Assembly: GCA_002811645.1 (NCBI GenBank)
Contig: PDIP01000130.1
Location: forward strand, 77,889-141,868
DNA: 63,980 nucleotides
Direction: 5' to 3'
Source: Corallochytrium limacisporum Hawaii
Lineage: Eukaryota > Protista > Pluriformea
Position numbers and translations under genes: made by a program. The notes under the pieces were generated by a model. The model was given only the letters and a program-made list of their open reading frames with translations, made no database searches and was not told where the DNA came from. Below, in pieces: positions 11,822 through 22,414 of the stretch. Position 1 is the first letter of the stretch; every line of letters begins with the position of its first letter.

Positions 11822-14630
11822 GTCATGGGCATGTCAATCTTCACCTGACTGGTGCAAAGGACAGCCGGGTGACTTTCTTGTCCATGGTTGGTGTGCCTCT
11901 GTTTCACACACCAAAACACGGCTTCCTTATCAAGAAAGCAAGATGGTGTGTTTATTGCAAAACAATGTGTTGTACGCCCCCTGATTACACGGACTAAATG
12001 GTCTCCAAAGAGGCTGCCGATTGTCAGGGGACAAGGACGGACGGAGCGTCATCAGCAAGTGGCAGCTGGCCTGACCTCAAGACCAGAACCGACACCAGAT
12101 GCACTGCGCACTGAAATGGACAACTCTCAGCAGCAGGCAAGCAAATAGGCAAACCTGACCGGGGCTCTTAAAAACAAAGTTCGTACGTCATGTTTAGTCC
12201 CGGCCACCTGGAGCCTCAAGGTGACACTTCACTGCAGGATTGGCGCGCTCCCCTGCAGCAACCCGTACCGTACTCACACCAAGACCATGGAAACCCTACC
12301 CCTCGGGGAAACCACATACTGACTATTTTGAAAACGTACACAATGCAATCGCAAAAAGTCAATGTAGAAATACGTACTCTTTGAAATATGCAATGGTACA
12401 TTCACTATGCAGTGATATTTTAGCGGAGGTGCTGACGGAACTCGACCCTTCCTTCCAGGGTTACTTTTTTTTTTTAATTGGAGACGGGCTGGGCTGGGCT
12501 GGCTGGCTAGAGCCTTTTAAACTCTCCTTCCTCTGCGCTTGCGGCAGGAGCAACGGATGATTGTCTTAAGATCTCCCTTGACTTTGTCTCTTGGTCGTTC
12601 TTGGCGGTTTCCCTGTTTTACTTTTGTTTTTTTTTTGCTTTGTTTCAATATTTGTTTCGCCCTTTGGGCACCCAGAACTAAGCAAAGTTTCTAGGGAAGT
12701 GGCGGGAAGGCCCCCAAAAAGAAAAAAAAAAGGAAAAACGGAGAAGCAAAATAACCAAGAGCGCAGTACACGCCAAGATTTTCACTCGACTACCTGCGCT
12801 GGGGAGGGAGTTCGGACCTAGGGCAACTCTGCGCGCGCCAAAAAAATTTAAATATAAACCCAAGAAACCAAACGGGCAAAAGCCCAAAGGGTCAGAGGCG
12901 CGCAGGTGCCAAGCGAGAACCACCCACACTTACCACCGAGACCAACGTCTGAGGCAGACACCAAACCCGGAGACCAAAAAAAGAAACGGTTCTGAACGCG
13001 CCGGAAGGGGGGGGCCTTTCTTTATTTTTTTTTAGTGTTTAAAAATAAAATTCAATCGTGGGCGAATGGTGGGGGTTCTTAAATAGGTCTCGGTATTCTG
13101 TGTATATTCTCTGATGTGGCCCTTTGTATGCTTTCATTGCGACTCTAATTTTGGATTGTTATTTTTTTTATCTCCAGCCCAGATCGTCGGGACGCTTTCT
13201 TTATGTGTGTGTGTGTATTTAATTTTTAATTGGGGAGCGCAAGAGCGCTCTACCTTTTGCCCATTTCATTTTTTTTAGTTCTCGTTTTCTTTTTTATTTC
13301 CCCTTGTTTCGACCGCACCGGGAGGTGGTGACTGTGGAGAGGAAGAGGGGTTGGTTGTGTGGGGTGAGGGAGGGGGGGGGGGCCAAAATTAACTGTGCCT
13401 TAGATTGCAGAGAAATCGCACTCCCCGGAACGGGTCCCGAATGGGCCCAAAAAATAGAAAGCATCGGCGGTTTCTTTCATTTTTTTCTTTGGGCACCCAA
13501 GAGAGGCCGAAGTTGACAACCGAAAAAAGCTCGGGGCACAACGGCCCCCCCCTTCTTCTCTTCTTCTACCTTAGCTCCCGCCTCCCACCACCACCACCCA
13601 ACCCACACACGGCCAGCGGGCCGTAGCGGGGCCCCCCTACGCCCAAAAAAAAAAAGAATGGAAGGGAACGAGATAGGGACGGCGGCGGTGCAAATGTTAG
13701 CCAGGCCACCACAAAAAACCCCGGGGGGAGGGNNNNNNNNNNNNNNNNNNNNNNNNNNNNNNNNNNNNNNNNNNNNNNNNNNNNNNNNNNNNNNNNNNNN
13801 NNNNNNNNNNNNNNNNNNNNNNNNNNNNNNNNNNNNNNNNNNNNNNNNNNNNNNNNNNNNNNNNNNNNNNNNNNNNNNNNNNNNNNNNNNNNNNNNNNNN
13901 NNNNNNNNNNNNNNNNNNNNNNNNNNNNNNNNNNNNNNNNNNNNNNNNNNNNNNNNNNNNNNNNNNNNNNNNNNNNNNNNNNNNNNNNNNNNNNNNNNNN
14001 NNNNNNNNNNNNNNNNNNNNGATCTTTGGAAACATGTCTTGTCTGTGTCTCAGACCTTCGTTCGATACTCGCAGGTGTGCTTCACCAGTGCTGGCTGACC
14101 GTAAACCACGGCAGAAACAAGAGGTGCAAATCCTCTTCTTCATGGGATTATTTGACAATACCAATCCACGTACGGACACATAAATCTAACAACAGAGTAA
14201 GAATTATTCTCCGGGTCCATCTGGTTTGCAGCTTGTCCTGACGGTAAGGTATTTTGGTCATGGCCCCACACTAATTAACCACAGGGCACAAACAAAGTTT
14301 ACACACACTATTCATGGACCTTGTGAACTCGATCTCTTATCACGGATACACTCAGGTAGTTGTCCGAACTTGTAATTGTTTACTGTGGGAGACGAACAAA
14401 GTTCAGTGGATATTTTCGACGCTTCGGGGCGTTGACGACACAAGAAAGGCAAATCATAACAGCCGGAGAAAACCAACGGGTAGCACTGATTATACCACAC
14501 ATAGAAAGCATGTAACGCGAGAAAAAGAACAAGTTCACAGAAAAAGTCGCGACAAACGAGCAGTCACTTTTTGCGAACGGAACCACGGAAAACCAGAACC
14601 CACTGTACACGCAAAATAACGGGGGATTTA

Positions 14631-15770
14631 ATGGCTGACGCTGTCGTTCAGCAGCCCCTGCCGTCAAGTACATCAAAGGACCCATTGTTGCCTCGGGCAC
14701 AGGGAGGAGCAGCTGGCACAGGACCCTACAATACAATGTCTGTGGAGGCAACTAGCAACGACAATGGGAAAGCTAATTCGAACGGTCTACTAGTCAATAA
14801 CGGGATCGTGACCAATGAGCATAGCAACAACAGCACCTCCGGAATGGACGACGCCAACACAATCAATCCTGAGGGGAGAACAGATTCTAATGACTTGCTT
14901 CAAACCAACGATAGTAACAGCCATGTGAACTACTCCCCTCCGGGCAACATTATCACACAAGTCCAGCAGGATGGCACGCCGATGCCGCAGCCTGGCGTGA
15001 CCATTACGTCTACCGAAAATATCATTACTTCGCCACTGACGGACGACTATGCTGGAGGGTCTGGGCAACACCACATGCACGACCGCGCCGTGTCGAGTCG
15101 GTTCCGCAGTTTTGTGAATTCGCTGCTGTGCTGTCTGGGTACGCAAAAGCCGCACTCGTCGCTACACGACTTTGCGCGGCAGAGCACGGTTGAGGCAGAG
15201 CCAACGCTGCCAGAGGGCCACTTGCTCTCACCCCAGACTCCGCGGGTCGCCGGGAAAAAGTGCCTGGTCTTGGATCTCGACGAGACGCTGGTCCATTCAA
15301 GCTTCAAGCCTGTCGGTAACCCGAATTTTATCATTCCCGTCAATATTGATGACAATGTGTACAATGTGTACGTCACGAAGCGGCCGCACGTCGACGAATT
15401 TCTGGCCAGGGTCAGCAAGCTCTATGAGGTGGTCATGTTCACGGCGTCGCTGTCAAAGTACGCGGACCCGGTCTGCGACATGCTCGACCAGGAGGGTGTG
15501 TTTAGTCACCGCCTGTTTCGTGAGTCTTGCGTGTTTTACAAGGGCACTTACGTCAAAGACTTGAACCGCCTGGGACGGAATCTCCAGCATACCATCATTA
15601 TCGACAACTCTCCCATGTCGTACATCCTGAACCCGGACAATGCGATCCCGATCACCTCCTGGTTCACCGACATGGATGACCGCGAGTTGCTGGACCTGAT
15701 TCCTCTGCTTGAAGAGCTAGAAAAGGCTGAAGACGTCATGCCTATCCTGGCCATGTCATGTGAAGGGTGA
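14631..15770 (+). CDS. CTDSP: Small CTD phosphatase (CTDSP/SCP, Psr1-like; FCP1/NIF HAD domain), 379 aa
   Basis: [17 protein letters not shown] (DxDxT), [36 protein letters not shown]. An LLCC putative palmitoylation motif lies before the domain. First ATG at 14631. Confidence 0.95.
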   Translation: MADAVVQQPLPSSTSKDPLLPRAQGGAAGTGPYNTMSVEATSNDNGKANSNGLLVNNGIVTNEHSNNSTSGMDDANTINPEGRTDSNDLLQTNDSNSHVNYSPPGNIITQVQQDGTPMPQPGVTITSTENIITSPLTDDYAGGSGQHHMHDRAVSSRFRSFVNSLLCCLGTQKPHSSLHDFARQSTVEAEPTLPEGHLLSPQTPRVAGKKCLVLDLDETLVHSSFKPVGNPNFIIPVNIDDNVYNVYVTKRPHVDEFLARVSKLYEVVMFTASLSKYADPVCDMLDQEGVFSHRLFRESCVFYKGTYVKDLNRLGRNLQHTIIIDNSPMSYILNPDNAIPITSWFTDMDDRELLDLIPLLEELEKAEDVMPILAMSCEG

Positions 15771-16063
15771 TGGTTTGTCAACTGCTGGGTTCGTGTAATT
15801 CCCCATGGTTCCCTCAATGAGCAGCCACTACAGATCCTGCACACGTTTTCCCATAGCCCATTGTCCATCATCGCTTTAAAATGCTTTGAAGGCACGGAAA
15901 AAGAAAAGTTTATAGTCAGCCACAGCATTGTCTTGGCGAATACCATCTTTGTGTACAAACTTAACACCCCCGTTGATGCCAGCAAAGCAACAAAAGCAAC
16001 ATCAGCTACGCGTTGTTAGGTACAAGAACACAAAAAGCGCACTCGCCTTACCCATAATCACCA

Positions 16064-16175
16064 ACGAATACAATGGTTTAGTTATACAATCTGATTCCGG
16101 ATACAACGCTCTGGTTGTACAATCTGGTTACCTACGAATACAATGCTTTAGTTATACAATTATGAAATGCCGGAT
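16064..16175. repeat. Degenerate ~35-bp minisatellite, 3 units
   Basis: ACGAATACAATGGTTTAGTTATACAATCTG (16064), CGGATACAACGCTCTGGTTGTACAATCTG (16098), ACGAATACAATGCTTTAGTTATACAAT (16134). Confidence 0.8.
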
Positions 16176-16201
16176 ATCGTGTGGTACCCCTTAAATGGGA
16201 T

Positions 16202-16246
16202 TGCGCGTGCGCGCGCGCGCGCGTATGTGTGTGCGTGTGTGTGTGT
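16202..16246. repeat. Alternating purine-pyrimidine (GC)n/(GT)n tract
   Basis: TGCGCGTGCGCGCGCGCGCGCGTATGTGTG... lies immediately after the PFDN3 stop. Confidence 0.9.
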
Positions 16247-16250
16247 TTCT

Positions 16251-16790
16251 TTAGGCGGACGCTGCCTCACGGCGTTTCCGCACATCCCAGTTGTAAACAC
16301 GGGCCATGTTGACCTCCATGGTGGTGATTTGTTCCTTCAGGTAGCCCATTTCGTTCTCGACCTCTTCCAACTTCTCCTCCGCAGTGGCCTTATTTCTTTC
16401 GAGTAGGGACTGGGCCTCCTCCTGTGTGTACTCGAGCATGACGTTGGCACCTAGCCACAGGCATACGCTTTCGGACGGTTTGACCTCTGCCTGGCTCCAG
16501 CAGTTGGAGGTGAGCTGGAAGTTAACGTCCGCTGTATCCTTGCCGGCCTCGTTGAGCTTGCGCAACTGCATGATGGCGTCGAGGGCGCCCTGAATCTCCG
16601 GAATCTTCTTTTTCAGGTTGTTGCGGCGCTGCACGATGTTGATTTCCATAAACTTGTATTTTTGGTACATCTCGTCCATACCGCGCAGCACATCCTCAGC
16701 GGACCCGCGCTCTGCCATGTACTTGTCCAGGTCATCCGGAAACGGGGCCTCCGGGATGCCCATCACAGCCGATTTATTTTCCTCCGACAT
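16251..16790 (-). CDS. VBP1: Prefoldin subunit 3 (VBP1/Gim2), 179 aa
   Basis: GIPEAPF, YQKYKFME, VCLWLGANVMLEY and EQITTMEVNMARVYNWDV are diagnostic. ATG at 16790. Confidence 0.97.
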   Translation of the reverse strand: MSEENKSAVMGIPEAPFPDDLDKYMAERGSAEDVLRGMDEMYQKYKFMEINIVQRRNNLKKKIPEIQGALDAIMQLRKLNEAGKDTADVNFQLTSNCWSQAEVKPSESVCLWLGANVMLEYTQEEAQSLLERNKATAEEKLEEVENEMGYLKEQITTMEVNMARVYNWDVRKRREAASA

Positions 16791-16977
16791 ACTGCTTAAA
16801 CGTTGTGGAAACACTGATCTTTCTGAACAACACACTCAGTTTCCAGTCCGAACTGGACTTATTGTATTGTTTTCCTTTCCTCGCCTTTGGTACCTTTTAC
16901 TATCCGCTGTGGATTCAATTGGGTACGGAGTGCTGGGCACTCAGCAGCTCAGCATCGAAAAAGCACAAAACCCTGGT

Positions 16978-16978
<1 letters not shown>

Positions 16979-17038
<60 letters not shown>
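16979..17038. repeat. (CA)30 microsatellite
   Basis: Directly visible. Confidence 0.98.
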
Positions 17039-17039
<1 letters not shown>

Positions 17040-17736
17040 CCGCTGTGTTGCATACAAAGGGTGGATGGTAACACTCGGTGGAGCCTTTTTTTTTGTCTTT
17101 CTTTGGCATTGGCTTTTTCTCTGCGTCTTCCATGGGCGTCGTCGTGCCGAGGCCCCCAGGAGGGGGGGGGGGTTCAGTCCCCTCGGGTGTGTGCGTTGTT
17201 GTGCGTGTGTGTGTGATACTGCCAGCCAGCCAATCCCGAAAACAAAAGCGGCGAGGCGGGGAAGGGACCGGGCAGAGAGCGCGAAAGCGCGGCCATTTGG
17301 GCATTTTTACTATTCTCTCTGTCTCTGGTCTCTCTCTAGATTCTAAGAAAACAAAAAAGAAAAGGTTGAAGGAAATAGGCCCCGGATTTGCCCCCTCCCC
17401 CTTCCTAACAAATTTGGAAACCCGCGTAGGGAACACAATGCCTTACGGGTCTAACCATTTCGGTGGAAACCACGGAGAAGGAAAACTTATTGGGCACAGC
17501 CCAAAGGAGAAAGTACGATCAAAGAATTAAGTCCCGAGAAACCACAAACGAGGCACCAATACCACGGCTTGCGCAGTTTCTCCAGCATGACCATGACTCT
17601 ACTAGTGCATGTATTCTGGAGCAGGTATTTCGGAATAGTCAGGAGGGATCCAACCATGGACAGGTCTCCGAGCACCAATGAAACAGCGTCTTCGATCGGT
17701 CAAAGTGACAGGTCTGCAGACAAGAGTTAGTGTACC

Positions 17737-18387
17737 ATGGCACTTCCACCACAGTATGAGGCACCACGGCAGGAAAAGACCGCCAAAGTGCGGGAAGAAT
17801 TGCAAAAGTTTGTCAATTCGGAGGCCGGCAAGCAATACTTTATGACCAGTTTCCAGTCACAGTGGTTTGCGCCCGGATGGTGTGGTCCGGCAATTCACCC
17901 GAGGTTCGAAGTTCGGGACAAACAGGCAATGGAAACGTTTGCCACCAGCGGTCTGCCGGCCACTCTGGAGAAGCAGGGCCTGCAGGTGTCTGCCGAGCTG
18001 ACGGCTACCCTGCTTACCATGCTCGAGGATACGGATGTCCACATTGACGATGAGAAGACCACGGAGCGCGGTGTGGACGTCTTCCTCAAGCCTCAATGTG
18101 GACACCACGACCCCGAAGAACTGGCAGTTGATGATGACCAGGAAGACGGTACACCAGCCTGCACGCACCCGATCCACATAGCGCTGGCCAAGCTACAAAA
18201 GGCCTTGATGACTGCGACACACGCACCCACAGCTACTCGCGTGCAGCACGCCGCAGAACTACTCCTGGCCTACCGCACGCAGGTACCGCGCTTGGCCTCA
18301 TACTGCCTAGGCGACGCGAAATGCTACAGCGCTGATTTCCAGTCACATCACGACGCCATTGTCAAGGCCATCAATGGAGAACAGTAA
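17737..18387 (+). CDS. Hypothetical protein, 216 aa
   Basis: ACCATGG start context, coding-like codon usage, A-rich 3' flank. No family recognised. Confidence 0.75.
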   Translation: MALPPQYEAPRQEKTAKVREELQKFVNSEAGKQYFMTSFQSQWFAPGWCGPAIHPRFEVRDKQAMETFATSGLPATLEKQGLQVSAELTATLLTMLEDTDVHIDDEKTTERGVDVFLKPQCGHHDPEELAVDDDQEDGTPACTHPIHIALAKLQKALMTATHAPTATRVQHAAELLLAYRTQVPRLASYCLGDAKCYSADFQSHHDAIVKAINGEQ

Positions 18388-18796
18388 AAACATGACCAGA
18401 GAGCACAAAACCCCCAGAAGGCGCCACATTAAAGCAAGCCAAACAAGAAAGCCACATGTATGGTGCAAAACTACGACTAGTGTTGTTTTTATGCCTTTTG
18501 TTTTCTTCATGCTGAAAACAAAAAAAAAAATAGGAAATGATGAATAATATTTGAGAAAAGTATTTTGATATGCAGTGAGCGAGAGGATTGAAAAAAGAAA
18601 AAAGAAGGAATCAAGAAAGCGGGCGAGCGAGCGACATGGTCATGTTCCAAATCTTCTTCGCTGGCACACTTGTCCTTCTCCGTCTTTAATCCCTAATTCC
18701 CGCCGAAATGAAAAATCTTAATCTACCCGTTACTTGTATGTAAGTCTTTGTCCCATGATAAACTTTGAAAAATCTTTCAGACAGATTCTCAAAAAT

Positions 18797-19141
18797 CTAC
18801 TTGCGCTGGGCACCCTGCTTGTCACCGGGGCGAGGACGGAAACGAGGAGGAGGGTCACGGTTGCGGCGACCCTCGCGGCTGCGGACACGCACAATCTTGG
18901 AGTGAATGGCGGCAGAGATGCTGTAGTAGACCTTGCGGTAGATCTTGGGCACAGAGTATCCCTCGTACACGGAAGCCTCCTGCAAATCACGCAAACTGCT
19001 GGCGTCGACGACATTGCGGATAATGTAGCGCTTGATGGCCTTGTCCTTGGGCACCATGGCACCAGAGGACTCGCAGCGCACACGTTTCACGCGGCCACGG
19101 CCAGACTTGTTACGTCCATTGTTACGGCGCTTCTTGGTCAT
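18797..19141 (-). CDS. RPS26: 40S ribosomal protein S26 (eS26), variant lacking three zinc-ligand cysteines
   Basis: [42 protein letters not shown]. Confidence 0.98.
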   Translation of the reverse strand: MTKKRRNNGRNKSGRGRVKRVRCESSGAMVPKDKAIKRYIIRNVVDASSLRDLQEASVYEGYSVPKIYRKVYYSISAAIHSKIVRVRSREGRRNRDPPPRFRPRPGDKQGAQRK

Positions 19142-19919
19142 GATTAACTAACCCGGATTCAAACAATATTATCTGAGTGTCAAACCGTGGGTACAATGGT
19201 TTAAAATTTGGAACTGTAGATTACATGTACCTCATTATGTAGCTTGCATATATCTGTACTATCCGGGTTTCGTGCTCTATCCCGATATTACGGAAGTTTT
19301 CTATTATGACTGTACGTCGCATTCAACAATGAAGCCCCCCGATAGCTGGGGTTCTCGTCTCCAAAATGTTGGAACATTGGACAGGGGAGCGCAAGGCTAC
19401 GGAAGCCCAAAACCGGTGGCTCAGCCACCGGCCCCTTTCACTTTTGGGCAGGCGTCGTCCACCCATAGGTTTTGGCCCGGTATACCAACTCCCCTTCCCC
19501 CACCCTTCCCATGTTTAAAAACTTCGCCGGGAACGGGACACCCACTGGTGGGTGCTACCTGCGCCACATATTCACTATATGGATCTGGTACATGAGGTCG
19601 TTGCAGTATATTCAATATAGAACATCCCTGGCCGAGGGCCCACCGTCAATTCGGTCGAAAATAAAGAAATTTGTAAGAATGGCCAAAACTTTTCCTGCTC
19701 TGGTCCCCATCAAAAACTTGTGTGTGTTTTTGTCCTTTTTTCATCCACAATTTCCCAACACGAAATATTTGTGTGTGTTTTCTTCTTTTTCTTCGGTTTC
19801 CGCCCCCCCCCCCCAACCCCCTTCCCCAATAACACATACTGACATGTACGAAATTATCCACAACAATGAATATATATATTAATTTTTCAGCAAGTGGTTA
19901 CGTACCGCGCTTATACACA

Positions 19920-20001
19920 GACAACGTGCCCGAGTGGTTATGGGGTTTGGCTGCTAACCAAATGTGCTTCGCACGCCAGGGTTCGAATCCCTGCGTTGTC
20001 G
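19920..20001 (+). tRNA. tRNA-Ser (anticodon GCT)
   Basis: Acceptor stem GACAACG/CGTTGTC, D-loop AGTGGTTA, anticodon stem TTTGG/CCAAA with loop CT-GCT-AA, long variable arm GTGC-TTC-GCAC, T arm CAGGG-TTCGAAT-CCCTG, discriminator G. An oligo-T Pol III terminator follows at ~20009. Confidence 0.97.
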
Positions 20002-20406
20002 CCAGGTCTTTTTTTTTTATTTTTTATTTTTTTTGCACTTGACAAGTCCCGTTTGGTGCCAATTATCACTCTGTGTATCATGCTGGCTCCATGTTGCTGC
20101 ATGTCCGAGTCTGATCANNNNNNNNNNNNNNNNNNNNNNNNNNNNNNNNNNNNNNNNNNNNNNNNNNNNNNNNNNNNNNNNNNNNNNNNNNNNNNNNNNN
20201 NNNNNNNNNNNNNNNNNGGGGGAGGGAGCGAGTGTACAAGTGGGTTTTTCTCTTTTCTTTTTCTTTGTGGGGGGGGGGGTGCGTCTGTGGGACGGGGTAT
20301 CATAGGCCAACGGATTCAGAGCAGTTCACTACCGTGCTTGGGTGAGGGCGCGAAGATCTTGACAATGGGGTCTCAATGCTCGAGGTTTCCAAGCCAAAAA
20401 TAATAA

Positions 20407-20548
20407 GGTTCGAATCCCTGCGTTGTCGCCAGGTCTTTTTATTATTTTTTTTTATTTTTTTTTTTGCACTTGACAAGTCCCGTTTGGTGCCAATTATCAC
20501 TCTGTGTATCATGCTGGCTCCATGTTGCTGCATGTCCGAGTCTGATCA
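20407..20548 (+). repeat. Second copy of the tRNA-Ser 3' end plus downstream flank (duplicate of 19980-20117)
   Basis: Near-identical apart from T-run lengths. The first copy ends at a 100-N gap. Confidence 0.85.
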
Positions 20549-21069
20549 GTTTCCAGATGAGCCCAGCAGATATTGGTTCGACATTGTTCCGACCCAATCG
20601 ATTTCTCGGCTAAAGGTTGGGGGGGGGGGGCGAGTGCACTGCGCACTGAAGGGCGGCCAGGGAGAGAGGAGAGGTTTTTTTCCTTTTTTTTTTTTTTCTG
20701 AAACACGGATGCACTTGAGTTTGTCCCCTCTGATCAATTCGACTGTGGAATTTTGAAGGGGGTCGAAGGTGAAATTGTGGTCCTTTTCTTCATTTCACTA
20801 TAGAGTCCTCAAAGCCGCGAAGAACTTGAGAATAAGGGAGCCGGGGGGAGGGGGAGGGGCGCCGCAGGAAACGCGGGTCTCACCCCGCACCTGGAGGATG
20901 AGACTACCGTGCCCATCGACGCCAGCATGATGTGTGACTAGATTCAAATATGAAAGACTGTGACGAAAAAGGTATCAATGGGGAACTGGCCTGGGAGCTT
21001 TTCCTCGGTCTTTTCCCTAAGGAGTTACGACGTGAGAAAGTATGCGCAACTCGAGCACACGCACACAAA

Positions 21070-21822
21070 ATGGGACACTCGCAGAACTCCAGAAGGGTGC
21101 ATGTCGTGTCAATGGGGCGCTCTAGGCATGGCACCTCCACCAGAAAGAAAGGGATCGGTTCCAAGGTCAACATTAAACGCCAAAAATGGAACAAGAACTG
21201 CAAGACTGGGAAACGATGGGGGCAGCGGACCACCATTCCGCCTGGTGAACCGCATCGTCGGCCAGTGTGGGACAGACTGCAGATCAACACTCCAAAACCA
21301 GTGTGGCAACGCGTCCAATTCAAGGCAAGAAAGCCTCCAGTGTGGGACCGCTTGGTGCGCTTTGGTGGCACAGGTAGGGATGGCGGCGGTGCCAGTGCGG
21401 CCGGGCCGGCGAGCAGCAGCCATTCGCAGCAACAGAGACACCTACTGGAGGTATGCGAGTCGTATGCTTGCGTTCGAGACCGGTACTTGTGTGGAAACTG
21501 CGGAGCGACAGATTTGGAATCCTACGAGGCTCTCGCCACTCACAACTGCCCCTTGCTGGTGAAGCAGGAGGAAGACCTTTTTACCTTACCCGCACCACTG
21601 ATGCAGCAACGGATCCGGGAAAGCACGCAATTCCTCAAGCTGGAGTACACTCTGCGACCCACAAGAAAGACACGGGCGGCCCGGTGCCAGCTTCAGGCGG
21701 CCCTGGCCAAGATTGCTCAAAGGCATCAGCAGAGATGGCACGGGCATGCACTTGCCAAGTCCCATCTCGCAGGATCGTGCAAGCTCTGCGTTTGGTACAG
21801 GACTCGGGTGCCCGTAGCCTGA
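21070..21822 (+). CDS. Hypothetical basic protein with 3x PVWxR[LV] repeats and putative zinc-binding motifs
   Basis: The ORF is open from 20950; the start at 21070 (AAAATGG) is a guess. Contains CGNC-x13-HNC and a C-terminal H..H...H....CKLC. Confidence 0.6.
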   Translation: MGHSQNSRRVHVVSMGRSRHGTSTRKKGIGSKVNIKRQKWNKNCKTGKRWGQRTTIPPGEPHRRPVWDRLQINTPKPVWQRVQFKARKPPVWDRLVRFGGTGRDGGGASAAGPASSSHSQQQRHLLEVCESYACVRDRYLCGNCGATDLESYEALATHNCPLLVKQEEDLFTLPAPLMQQRIRESTQFLKLEYTLRPTRKTRAARCQLQAALAKIAQRHQQRWHGHALAKSHLAGSCKLCVWYRTRVPVA

Positions 21823-22414
21823 AGCACCGAGCCAAGAGATCCGCCAAAATGGTGGGGGAAGGGGGGGGGTTTGGGGGTTGGGGAGAGATGGCCAGCTCGG
21901 GTCTCCCTCTTACCACCCCCCCCCCCTTCTCTCCCTCCCACGGCGCCTCTTTCTTCCCCAGTGGCTTCGTCCTCCGAAGCACCGACTGAAAAGGGGTGAC
22001 GACGCCACCGGCTACGGGATTGCGGGACACTCTCATATTTTTTAACCTATATTTTTTAAAAAAAGCCAGGGGCTCTTGCTCGGCTCGTGCTCGGCCCCTG
22101 GCCGTTCTCCATTGAGATTTTCGAGAGCAAATATTCTTCGCCCTCCGTACGCGCGCGCGTCCGAACGTGCAGAATTGGGGCCCACGTTTGGAGGAAGAAA
22201 AACACCTACAAAGGAAAAGAAGAAAACAACGAATAGTAACAGCGTAAATCAGTAACAACACCCTGCAATCCTGTAGTAAATGGTCCTTACTGCATTCGTC
22301 GGACAATCACCTGGAGACTGCGCAGCGTGGTAACTGAGAACAGGAAGTAAACCCCCAGAATGGTGTGGTGACCCATAGATTACCAGGGTGGTCTCGGAAT
22401 AGAAACTCGCAAAC

